From: Syntrophaceae bacterium UBA5764
GTDB lineage: Bacteria; Desulfobacterota; Syntrophia; Syntrophales; Smithellaceae
Assembly: GCA_002418825.1 (NCBI GenBank)
Contig: DIEW01000015.1
Span: 157 to 64,156, forward strand
DNA: 64,000 bases
Direction: 5' to 3'
Shown: in pieces, positions 10,049-18,872 of the stretch
How positions within the stretch are numbered: the stretch's first letter is position 1
Layout: every line of letters begins with the position of its first letter
Position numbers and translations under genes: made by a program
Notes under the pieces: model-generated
Told to the model about the DNA's origin: nothing
Databases searched by the model: none
What the model saw: the letters and a program-made list of their open reading frames with translations, nothing else

Positions 10049-10405
10049 CTAGAATGTGATGACCTTATCGCTGCCAATAACCCATTCGGCCAGTTCCGGC
10101 ATGGTTGCTTTCTCTGCTCCGTCGAAATAGGGATGGTTCTTGTAGATTCCACAGCGAGCCATGCAGGTTCCGCAAACTTTGACGGGGACACCTTTCGAGA
10201 TCAAATCCTTGAGCATGGCCGAGAGGTCTTGGTCGTAGTTCTCGGGCGGCTTGCATACGTCGCGTGCCATGTCCACGGAATCGTTCATGAGGAAGATGCG
10301 GACTTCCTGTCCGGCCTCCTGAAGTTTTCCTGCCAGTCGGAGTCCGTTCCACGTGATATCGGTGTTGTCGTACGGTTCGCGGTTGAAGATGATCAGCACT
10401 TTCAT
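10049..10405 (-). CDS. DsrE/DsrF-like sulfur-relay family protein
   Basis: 118-aa MKVLIIFN..YDNTD..RIFLMNDSV..VCGTCMARCG pattern typical of DsrE-like proteins. Confidence 0.7.
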   Translation of the reverse strand: MKVLIIFNREPYDNTDITWNGLRLAGKLQEAGQEVRIFLMNDSVDMARDVCKPPENYDQDLSAMLKDLISKGVPVKVCGTCMARCGIYKNHPYFDGAEKATMPELAEWVIGSDKVITF

Positions 10406-10506
10406 GTTTTCCCTTTCTCTTGTTCAGCCAACGACAGAGATCAGTGGCCGGGGCGCAAGCCCCGGTCCACTGCATTGATTTGTTGGGACTTTTCTCAAGA
10501 TATTCT

Positions 10507-11445
10507 TTAACAATAATCAGGTGATGGTTCGTGTACTTCTGTATGGCAATCCATCCATTCTAAATCTTTACCAATAACAAGCTCTTCAATCATAGAATGA
10601 TGTGTATTTGTCATTGGGATTAGGCGCATTTGAAATCCGTGCAATCTAGCCATTGCCTTTACTTCATCAGCATTATCATATGTCATTAGGAAGTCGCCTT
10701 CTATGGAATCGCATAGAGTAAACAAACGTTCATGGTCGAGATCGAAGTGGCGGTATAGTCTTTTGCCCGCCTTTTTACCTCCTGCTGTATAAGGTGGATC
10801 AATAAAGAAAATAACATCCCTTCTGTTTGAATATTCTTGAATAACTTCCAGGCCGTCCTTTTGAAGAAAGGTTATTTTATTCTGAATAAATTTTAAATTA
10901 TTAAATCGTTTTGCAAGTGTTTCCGGATACCATCGAGAATGAATTCCCTTACCGTTTTCTCCATATTTTAAAAATCCAGAACCCTCAGCTAATATGCCAC
11001 CGTGAAAGGTCCTGTTTTTTAATATAGTTTGAAATGCTCTTTCTTTTGTACTCACTTCTTTTTTTGAAATTTCTTCTATTACTGAATCTCTTGTTAGAAC
11101 AAAGGACAATATTTTATCAGCAATCCATTCTGAATTTCCATCGATTACAGACTGCCAGACTGATGCAATATCATCATCAATTTCCGACATGATAACTCTT
11201 GATACTAAATTCTCGAATAGACCTGTGAGGCTTATTATTCCACCGCCTGCAAAGGGCTCTATCAAGATTGTTGGCTTCGGATTATGATTTGATACCCATT
11301 CCCGAAATGTTGGGACAAACCATGTTTTACCGCCAGGATAGCGGAATGGGCTTCGCTGAGGTATTGACGCAACATTAACAGGTCTGGGTCTTGTGATCTC
11401 TTCACCCATTTCTGAAAATAATGTTTGTTGTTTAGGTTTTTTCAT
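10507..11445 (-). CDS. DNA N6-adenine methyltransferase, Dam/D12 class (type II R-M, M subunit)
   Basis: Motif I EPFAGGG followed later by motif IV FFIDPPY. Starts 1 nt after the upstream nuclease gene. Confidence 0.85.
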   Translation of the reverse strand: MKKPKQQTLFSEMGEEITRPRPVNVASIPQRSPFRYPGGKTWFVPTFREWVSNHNPKPTILIEPFAGGGIISLTGLFENLVSRVIMSEIDDDIASVWQSVIDGNSEWIADKILSFVLTRDSVIEEISKKEVSTKERAFQTILKNRTFHGGILAEGSGFLKYGENGKGIHSRWYPETLAKRFNNLKFIQNKITFLQKDGLEVIQEYSNRRDVIFFIDPPYTAGGKKAGKRLYRHFDLDHERLFTLCDSIEGDFLMTYDNADEVKAMARLHGFQMRLIPMTNTHHSMIEELVIGKDLEWMDCHTEVHEPSPDYC

Positions 11446-11446
11446 C

Positions 11447-12355
11447 TTAAAAAGGATTATCTATTGTTTTGTTCGTTGGTGGTGTTTCAAGTTTATCGTC
11501 TAGCTTATCCTGCAATAATCTTATAAAATCATCAATCTTACCGGGCACAGGAGTAGTTATAGATATTAGAGCAGGTTCAAATTCTGTGAAGACTTCATCG
11601 ATTTTTGTTAACATAAACCTTTCCTGACCATCTTCTTCGATTAACTTAAGATCATATATGAGCCATGCAATATCAGCTTTTGATTTGCTCACTGATTTCA
11701 GGGGCGGAAGTGTATCAAAGAAACTCTTATTTAATGCAACTGCTGATCTTTTTCGCCATGTGTGAAGAATGCCACCCTTGAATAATAGCTGAGGCGCTAA
11801 CCGCTTCCTTGAAGATGAAAGATAATCTGGCCTAGGATAGTTTGGTTGTGCAGACCAGTCCATTTTTGCATTACCCTTCGGATCTTTCATATAGTACTCG
11901 AATGGATCACGAACATTTCCTGAGATATAAACTGCTTGAACTTCTAGAGCACCAAAATCAAGAATCTTCCCGCAATCATCATATTGAACAAGAACAATAT
12001 CAATATTGCCAGCTGATTTACCGTTTGCATCGTTCAGGCGAACTTCCGTGAGGGAACTCCACAATGCATCCTTATCAAAGAAAAAAGAAGCTGCATCATC
12101 TGTAATTAGCCATTCCTCTCTAAACCGAATGGGACAAGTGATCGCTGGATAGCTGTTTTGAAAAACACTGCATACCCCGAGTGGATTCTTTGCCTTGTCT
12201 TTTGTGCAGTTTGGTACTTTGTTATTGAAAGGACATAGGCGATGGGATCTGTATCGGTTAGCTTTTGCTGTTTGATCGTTAATGAGGTGACCAAAAACCT
12301 CTGCAAGTGGCTGATTATGATCTTTCATGCTTTTGATTATACCATCATATTTCAT
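11447..12355 (-). CDS. type II restriction endonuclease, NotI-like family
   Basis: N-terminal AEVFGH.., a Cys cluster CPF..NC..GVC..TCP, and a later ID..LEVQ block resemble R.NotI as I recall it. Genetic linkage to the MTase. GGAGG RBS. Confidence 0.65.
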   Translation of the reverse strand: MKYDGIIKSMKDHNQPLAEVFGHLINDQTAKANRYRSHRLCPFNNKVPNCTKDKAKNPLGVCSVFQNSYPAITCPIRFREEWLITDDAASFFFDKDALWSSLTEVRLNDANGKSAGNIDIVLVQYDDCGKILDFGALEVQAVYISGNVRDPFEYYMKDPKGNAKMDWSAQPNYPRPDYLSSSRKRLAPQLLFKGGILHTWRKRSAVALNKSFFDTLPPLKSVSKSKADIAWLIYDLKLIEEDGQERFMLTKIDEVFTEFEPALISITTPVPGKIDDFIRLLQDKLDDKLETPPTNKTIDNPF

Positions 12356-12430
12356 AGGAGGGATAATACTAATTTTGTAAGTCAGTTCAATTCTATTCGC
12401 TGATAAGCGCTATTTCCTAGCATTGGTCCC

Positions 12431-12826
12431 AACAATGTTTATATGGATCGGTGCTAATACTGCAAACGCCGACAGCACTGTCGGCCTAACACCCCTCTAA
12501 AAAATCTATGATTTTGAACTTAATAGCTTAATATTAAACAAGAATCAATGTTTTTGTTTGTCTTTATTTTGGATATTATGCCGATCCTTATAATATCACA
12601 ATTCACTGCAATTATTTTTCTTCTAATCCCTCAACAAACGCCAGCACATTTTTCCCCAATATGCTGTGGTTATAGCCTCCCTCTAAAATGCCGAAGCAGC
12701 CACCGTGGTTGCGCTGGGCGGTTTCTCGCATCAGTTTGCCCATAAAAGTATAATCCTCGGTTTTTAATAGGCCGCCCCAGTCGGCTTCGTGATTGTCGAA
12801 TCCGGCGGAAGCGGCAATCATGTCGG
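12431..12826. repeat. left copy of an imperfect direct repeat (orphan HDAC 3' end plus downstream element)
   Basis: Aligns with 17425-17763: a 59-nt block (12431-12489), a diverged spacer, then the last 69 codons. A 40-nt run is identical (12787-12826). Confidence 0.85.
12612..12826 (-). pseudogene. orphan 3' fragment of an HDAC-like deacetylase gene
   Basis: Translates to MIAASAGFDNHEADWGG..EGGYNHSILGKNVLAFVEGLEEK, which differs at 3 of 69 residues from the C-terminus of the intact gene at 17549-18295. No upstream coding part. Confidence 0.85.
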
Positions 12827-12859
12827 TGTGTCGGCGCTACATTTTCAAAAAATCGTTCA

Positions 12860-13969
12860 TTATCGTCCTGTCCGGTCCGTGATATCTACAATAATTTCCC
12901 GGTCGGTAAACATCGGGATAGTTCTGATTCGGTTTGTCTGAAAGTTGATTTTTTTGAGGTCGATTTTCCTGAGGTTGAAATTGTCGTAGGTGCGGTAATA
13001 ATACACGCGGTTGGTCAGATCACGGAAACTGGACCACTGGGTCGTTTCGCTGGCGGTAATGTTGCCTTTCGCATCTCGGTCCACCGCCATGCCCCGGACG
13101 ATATGCAATGAGCTGACGATGTGTTGAGCAAGATTCAGCAGGCCTTCGGCATTTTCCTGCTGGTCGGCAAATCGAAGCGTGACGGCCATCCGGACAAAGC
13201 GGGAAGGGGGTGTCAAATCACCCGGCAGGCCGAACAAGCTTGCGCCGTGGCCGGTGGCGGTATAAGCCTTGCCGCCGAAGACGGCGGGCGGTGTCTGATC
13301 GTTTTTCATGCCGACATAATTGCGCAGATTTGTGAGCATCCAGGGAAAATTCGGCGCGTTGGTCATGATCCCCAGGGGGTTGTCGTAAATATGCACATTA
13401 CCCTGTTCGTATTCGATAACGGCGCAGTCGCCGGATGCGTCGTGTAAAATGAAATGGCCGGGAAGCACCATGCCTCCCAATTCCGGATTTTTGTGTCCAA
13501 AAACTTTTACTTTGTTAATGGCTTGCACCGCTTCTTTAACGCTGCCGAAATTTCCCAGAATCCAGGAGCCGAAAACGATATTGGCCAGCGCCGGCGATTT
13601 GTCTTTGGTAGGGACGCTTTGCCATTGCATGTCAGCGTCATACCAAAGAAGGCTGAAAGACAAGCCTGCTTCATTCAAGCCGTCACTGATACCGTCTTCT
13701 TTTCCCAGAGAGTTTATGGCGACGTACCCGTACTTGGTGATCCATTTTACGGGGACAACACCATCGGGCGCGGGACTGACGAAACTTTTTCCGCGCGGCA
13801 CCACAATCACGGCATAACCCATATCGTAACCGAATTCCATGGTTCGTCCACTGATAATGGTTTTATCCTTGGCAGTTACGCTGAAAACGGAACAGGCGCT
13901 GAGTGTTTTCCATGGCCCGCACACTATCACGCAGGTCAGAATCAGAATAGATACCACTAATTTTTTCAT
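12860..13969 (-). CDS. secreted linear-amide C-N hydrolase, choloylglycine hydrolase / penicillin V acylase family (Ntn hydrolase)
   Basis: Signal peptide ends ..LSA, followed by the nucleophile Cys (CSVFSV..GRTMEF). ATG at 13969 has AGGAGGA upstream. Confidence 0.8.
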   Translation of the reverse strand: MKKLVVSILILTCVIVCGPWKTLSACSVFSVTAKDKTIISGRTMEFGYDMGYAVIVVPRGKSFVSPAPDGVVPVKWITKYGYVAINSLGKEDGISDGLNEAGLSFSLLWYDADMQWQSVPTKDKSPALANIVFGSWILGNFGSVKEAVQAINKVKVFGHKNPELGGMVLPGHFILHDASGDCAVIEYEQGNVHIYDNPLGIMTNAPNFPWMLTNLRNYVGMKNDQTPPAVFGGKAYTATGHGASLFGLPGDLTPPSRFVRMAVTLRFADQQENAEGLLNLAQHIVSSLHIVRGMAVDRDAKGNITASETTQWSSFRDLTNRVYYYRTYDNFNLRKIDLKKINFQTNRIRTIPMFTDREIIVDITDRTGR

Positions 13970-14100
13970 GGGTTTATCCTCCTTAAAAAAGCGGAAAATT
14001 TGATGTTGCAAGTTCAATAGTTAGTTGTGATTAAAGCAGAACCGCCCCCTTTTATTTTTGCCCAATTCTTTTTTCATATGACAGCTTTTAATGAATGAAA

Positions 14101-17100
14101 TCAGTGGTTGCCTTTTTCTTGCCTACGCAAGATGGGCACTATATCCTCTGCAACCACTGGTTTGTGGAAGTAGAATCCCTGAATTTCGAAACATAAATTG
14201 TCTTTGAGAAAGGCCAGCTGCTGCTGGGTTTCCACTCCTTCAGCCACGACATGCAGGCCAAGCGTTTTCCCAAGCTGTAAAATGATTTTGATGATTCCTT
14301 CATCCTTGGCGTTCTTGGCGATTCCGCGGATGAACTGCATGTCAATTTTAATCCGGTCAACCGGCAGGTCTTTCAGGCGGCCCAGCGAGGAATAATCGGT
14401 TCCGAAATCGTCAATCGAGAGAGACAGCCCCAGCGCTTTGAGTTTGTTCATCGTGTTGATCACGTAGTCCTTGTCGTGTGTCCCCAGGCTTTCTGTTACT
14501 TCCAGCTCCAGGTAACAGGGCATCAGTTTCGTTTCGCGTAACACCCTGTCGACAACATTGACGATATTTGGACTATGGAACTGTTTTACTGAAAGATTGA
14601 CGGCAATCCTCGTTGGTTTGAGGCCCTGATTCTGCCACTCCATGTTCTGGCGGCACGCTGTCATCAGCACCCACTCGCCAATGGAATGAATCAGACTTGT
14701 TTTTTCCGCTATGGGAATAAACTTTGTCGGCGGTATGATTCCTTTCACGGGATGCCGCCAGCGGATCAGGGCTTCCAACCCGATGATTTCAATGGTATCA
14801 GGATTGACCTGGGGCTGATAAAGTAAAAACAGTTCGTTTCTTCCCACAGCCCGGTACAGGCTGTTGGTGAGTTCCATGTTGTCTAAAACTTCCTTTTTCA
14901 TTTCGGCGGAACAAAAGGTGACTTTGTTTTTTCCCGTGCTTTTGGCGGCATACATGGCCATGTCCGCGTTTTTAATGAGTTCGTCCGCGTCTTCACCATC
15001 GAATGGAAATACGGCGACTCCCGCGCTGGCGGTGATAAAAAACTCCTGGCCTTTGATGGTGATGGGCTCATTAAAAACGCTCATGATTTTGTTTGCGGAT
15101 TCTCCGATGTATTTAATATCGGGGATCTGCTGAAGCATCACGAGAAATTCATCTCCGCCGAAACGCGCGACACTATCATATTGGCGCACACATGCCGACA
15201 GCCTTTCCGCGATCTGCATGAGCATGGCGTCTCCCCCGTCATGTCCCATCGTATCGTTAACGGACTTGAAAGAATCAACGTCGATAAAGATGATGCTGAT
15301 GAGCTTTTCAGTGCGCATGGCCAGACTGATGGCCTGTTTCAGGCGATCCGTCAAAAGCGCGCGATTCGGCAATGCGGTCAACGCATCATAGTAAGCCATA
15401 TAGTTGATTGCTTTTTCGGCTTCCACCTGGCGCAAGGCATCCGATAAAAGATTTCCCAAGACCTGAATGATCTCCCGGTGGTCTTGATCCCACTTCCGGG
15501 GACTTTGTATTGCCTCAAAGAAAATATACCCGATAACATTATCTGTGCCGGTCAATGCGACAATGATTAAGGATTGGATTTGTTTGTCTTTCAGGGAGTC
15601 CTTGTCCGGTATGGCACCGGGTTGCAATGTTTCTGCGTCGGAAACGTGAATATACCCTGCCTTGTCAATCTGGTCTTTAACCCCGGGCAGCTCCAGGACT
15701 GTTTGCTGGTTTTTGGAGTCTAAGGTGGAGGCGATTCCGTCGTTGCACCACTCATGGGAATGCACTGGCTGATGGTTTTTTCCCGAATACATGAAAAGAC
15801 CAGCCCGGTCGGCCTGAAAATGACGGCCGCACTGACGCAGCATATCGTTAATGATCTTATCGATGTTCTCTTGACTGGCATCAACAAATTGGGCGGAAAT
15901 GTCAGCCAGCAAACTCTGGTGTTTGACCTGTTCTTCATTTTTTGCCAACCGGTTGAAGTAAATGCGATTGATGTAAAATGCGATCCAGATCAAAACGCCG
16001 AAAATGCCTATTCGGAAGATATGGTTTGATGCGTCAATCTTTACGGTTTGTTCCGGCACCGTTATCCATATCCATAATAGCGTTAAGAAAGTCACAAGGC
16101 TTACCACGTACAATAATCTTTTTTGACGGAATAAAATAGATACCATGACAAAAATAAGGGGCAAGGACCAGAAAGTAACGTGATCGCTGACGAAGCTCAG
16201 AACAATAAGAGGAATCGATAAGATTACCAGGACATTCAGCAACAAATCTTTAGCCCCTTGTTGAATATTTAATTTTTGAATAATCTGCAGCGCCAATCCC
16301 AGAACGATCAGCAACAAGGTTTTCGGCAGCGATGTAATTAGGGGGCTTCCTTGGATGAACGTTTCTATGGCGAAATGCAAAAACGCACTCAGGATATAGG
16401 CCACGGTTAAATACTGGTAAAGCTCGGATTGGCTCGCTTCGCTCAGGATCTGACCTTCCTGAGGAACGGTGTTTTTCAATTTTGGTGCCATTAAACCGTA
16501 TTTGGCGATGCAATAATACATCGTCGCTATCGGAATCAGGATGATTAAGGGGGCGAGTTGGGGAAACTTGAATGGAAAGTAATAATTGATTACAAATTCG
16601 GTCATCGTTCCGACAACCAGAGCCACCGCATAAGAAACGATGATCAGGTACGCCTGCTTCTTGATTACGCGTTCTTTTGAGGACCAGCCCCAGTGAAAAA
16701 ACAGACCGATAACGATCAAAGAAAAAACGGCGTAATAAACATTGAACACCGCGTCCCACGCGGACGCAGGCCGGACATTCACCCAACCGGCATAGGTGTA
16801 TTCCAGAACGTATCTTTTTAACGCCAGGTCGCCATAAAGGCTGAAGACAAAGATATTCAAGATGGCCGGAAGATAGATCAGCGCGTAAATCCATCTTTTC
16901 TTCAAAACGTTTTGCTTTCCGGTCAGGCAAAGCGTGTAGTGAAGAAGAAAACTGTATAATGTTCCCCATCCTATTGCGCCGATGCGTCTCCAGGTCAGGC
17001 TCATTTCATAAGACATTGCCGAGTTGGCGATGGAGAAAGAAAGTGACCAGATACAAAGGGTTAAGCAGATACAAAAAAAGAGCCGGTGAATGACAGAGCC

Positions 17101-17190
17101 GAAGTTGAGCCTGATCACATAAACGCCCAGGAAAAAGTACACGACCATGGCGAGGAAAAACAGCAGTGAAATTAAGTTCGGTAAAGGCAT
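14101..17190 (-). CDS. multi-pass membrane GAF-GGDEF-EAL protein (c-di-GMP synthase/phosphodiesterase)
   Basis: 1029 aa. The N-terminal ~400 aa are hydrophobic helices. Has RFGGDEFLV (GGDEF) and EALIRW plus DDFGTDYSS (EAL). Confidence 0.9.
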   Translation of the reverse strand: MPLPNLISLLFFLAMVVYFFLGVYVIRLNFGSVIHRLFFCICLTLCIWSLSFSIANSAMSYEMSLTWRRIGAIGWGTLYSFLLHYTLCLTGKQNVLKKRWIYALIYLPAILNIFVFSLYGDLALKRYVLEYTYAGWVNVRPASAWDAVFNVYYAVFSLIVIGLFFHWGWSSKERVIKKQAYLIIVSYAVALVVGTMTEFVINYYFPFKFPQLAPLIILIPIATMYYCIAKYGLMAPKLKNTVPQEGQILSEASQSELYQYLTVAYILSAFLHFAIETFIQGSPLITSLPKTLLLIVLGLALQIIQKLNIQQGAKDLLLNVLVILSIPLIVLSFVSDHVTFWSLPLIFVMVSILFRQKRLLYVVSLVTFLTLLWIWITVPEQTVKIDASNHIFRIGIFGVLIWIAFYINRIYFNRLAKNEEQVKHQSLLADISAQFVDASQENIDKIINDMLRQCGRHFQADRAGLFMYSGKNHQPVHSHEWCNDGIASTLDSKNQQTVLELPGVKDQIDKAGYIHVSDAETLQPGAIPDKDSLKDKQIQSLIIVALTGTDNVIGYIFFEAIQSPRKWDQDHREIIQVLGNLLSDALRQVEAEKAINYMAYYDALTALPNRALLTDRLKQAISLAMRTEKLISIIFIDVDSFKSVNDTMGHDGGDAMLMQIAERLSACVRQYDSVARFGGDEFLVMLQQIPDIKYIGESANKIMSVFNEPITIKGQEFFITASAGVAVFPFDGEDADELIKNADMAMYAAKSTGKNKVTFCSAEMKKEVLDNMELTNSLYRAVGRNELFLLYQPQVNPDTIEIIGLEALIRWRHPVKGIIPPTKFIPIAEKTSLIHSIGEWVLMTACRQNMEWQNQGLKPTRIAVNLSVKQFHSPNIVNVVDRVLRETKLMPCYLELEVTESLGTHDKDYVINTMNKLKALGLSLSIDDFGTDYSSLGRLKDLPVDRIKIDMQFIRGIAKNAKDEGIIKIILQLGKTLGLHVVAEGVETQQQLAFLKDNLCFEIQGFYFHKPVVAEDIVPILRRQEKGNH

Positions 17191-17424
17191 TTTATGGAAT
17201 TCCTGTAGCGATCAATTTCGAGAATCCATCTATTTTTCTATTCAATTGGAATTTACAATTAAAATAGAACGGCCTGCTTTATTTTTCAATCCCTTTTTGT
17301 ATCGAACATCGCGACTCATCCTTGAGACGACTCCGTCGGCGGTGGTGCCGAGGAAGATGGGGTTGCCGGTGCGGTAATTATCCTTCTTTTTTCCGGTTGT
17401 TTTCTCGCCATCTTGTCTTGGCCA

Positions 17425-17763
17425 AACATTGTTTATATGGATCGGTTCTAATGCCGCAAACGCCGAACGCAGCGTTGTCCTAAAAATCAGCCACTAAATA
17501 TGTTGTTTGATATCTCATGGCTTTAAATTAAATAATAATAAATCCGTATTATTTTTCCTCCAGCCCCTTAACGAACGCCAGAACATTTTTTCCCAGCACA
17601 CTATGATTATAGCCGCCTTCTAAAATGCCGAAGCAGCCGCCGTGGTTACGCTGGGCGGTTTCTCTTATCAGTTTGCCCATAAAAGTATAATCCTCGGTTT
17701 TTAATAATCCGCCCCAATCGGCCTCGTGATTGTCGAATCCGGCGGAAGCGGCAATCATGTCGG
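17425..17763. repeat. right copy of the imperfect direct repeat (part of the intact HDAC-like gene plus downstream element)
   Basis: Partner of 12431-12826. A 40-nt run is identical (17724-17763). Confidence 0.85.
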
Positions 17764-18295
17764 CATTGGTTTCCGCTAAAGCTTCTTCCACTTTTTTCAA
17801 GTATTCGTTGCGGTTTTGCGTGGCGGGGTTGTAAATGGTCACATAGCCCTTGTTGCCTAAAATATTGACGTTGCCGTCGCCGAAATGCAGATCAAAATCC
17901 AGAATGAAAGCTTTTTTGATTTTGCCCTGGTGTTTTAATTTTTCCAGCGCGATTGCCATATTATTAAAATAACAAAATCCCCAGGCGCTATTAGCGGATG
18001 CGTGATGGCCCGGCGGACGGATTAAAGCAAAACAGGGCTCGGTCAAACCAATTTCGACGGCCTTGATCGCTCCGCCTGCCGCTAAGGCCGCGATGTCATA
18101 CACGCCTTCGCGCTCCACCGATTTTATATGCTCCGGCGTGTGCACGCGCAGGATGTCTTCTTTTGTTGCCGGTTTTGGTTCGACAAAAGTCACTTTGCCT
18201 TTGAGCACGCTTTCCACCGCGCGGATTCTTCCGGGAGAGGCGGCAGGATCGGAGGTGTACACTTCGTTATAATCTTCATGATAAACGACTTTCAT
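17549..18295 (-). CDS. histone deacetylase-family (Zn-dependent) deacetylase, compact form
   Basis: RPPGHHA, DFDLHFGDG, SAGFD and EGGY motifs. Confidence 0.85.
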   Translation of the reverse strand: MKVVYHEDYNEVYTSDPAASPGRIRAVESVLKGKVTFVEPKPATKEDILRVHTPEHIKSVEREGVYDIAALAAGGAIKAVEIGLTEPCFALIRPPGHHASANSAWGFCYFNNMAIALEKLKHQGKIKKAFILDFDLHFGDGNVNILGNKGYVTIYNPATQNRNEYLKKVEEALAETNADMIAASAGFDNHEADWGGLLKTEDYTFMGKLIRETAQRNHGGCFGILEGGYNHSVLGKNVLAFVKGLEEK

Positions 18296-18431
18296 TATAG
18301 CCCCCTTGGCATGTCATTGTAAATTACTACTTGCTGCCATGTGGCAATCCGAATTATGAGATTGCTTTCCGAGCATGCGCAGGACAATATTCGCCATCAA
18401 AGACGAACACACTGCACGCAAGGATAACGCT

Positions 18432-18872
18432 CTAATCTGAAAATCCTATTGTGCGCAAAGCCGCCAGTGTGTTTTTAGAAACGGCAATACTATTCAACTC
18501 CTGCGGGCTAAACCAGCGCGCTTCCAGCGCGTCATCCGCGCCCTGCGGTTCGCCGGAAATATACTTGGCGGCAAAATCAGCAACCACAAAGTGATATTTA
18601 ATTTTTCCCTGCGCGTCGTGCTCCACAAAATCAAAAACATAAACGCATTCTTCGGCTTTGGCCTTAATTCCCGTTTCCTCAAGCAATTCACGTTCGGCGC
18701 ACTGGTGCATTGATTCGCCCAATTTCAGTGTGCCGCCGGGAATTGCCCAAAGGCCAAAGCTTGGTTCCACTCCGCGCTTTACCAGTAATATTTTGCCGTC
18801 TTTTTGGACAATCGCCCCGACGCCGACTAGCGGCTTTGCCGGATAGAAATTGCCATGTTGCTTATTCATCAT
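18432..18872 (-). CDS. Nudix hydrolase
   Basis: Nudix box GGTLKLGESMHQCAERELLEETGI. ATGA overlap with the upstream gene. Confidence 0.85.
   Translation of the reverse strand: MMNKQHGNFYPAKPLVGVGAIVQKDGKILLVKRGVEPSFGLWAIPGGTLKLGESMHQCAERELLEETGIKAKAEECVYVFDFVEHDAQGKIKYHFVVADFAAKYISGEPQGADDALEARWFSPQELNSIAVSKNTLAALRTIGFSD

Larger units (their letters stand above)
12827..17763. mobile_element. putative integrated islet bounded by the imperfect repeats (no integrase seen)
   Basis: Sequence between the repeat junctions carries only the Ntn-hydrolase and GGDEF-EAL genes plus a replacement 3' end for the deacetylase gene. Inferred, not demonstrated. Confidence 0.3.

Noticed and set aside
10446-10467. 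GC-rich hairpin GGCCGGGGC-GCAA-GCCCCGGTC between the MTase stop and the dsrE-like start, considered as the R-M terminator or an insertion boundary.
   Set aside because: No U-tract follows on the - strand, and the wobble pair favours the + strand. I mention it only as a landmark within the R-M finding.
17316-17411. 31-codon ORF on the - strand (MARKQPEKRRIITAPATPSSSAPPPTESSQG) between the right repeat and the GGDEF-EAL gene. I considered it as a leader peptide or an integrase remnant.
   Set aside because: It is a low-complexity Pro/Ser/Thr sequence with no RBS and no associated alternative hairpins. It resembles nothing I recognise.
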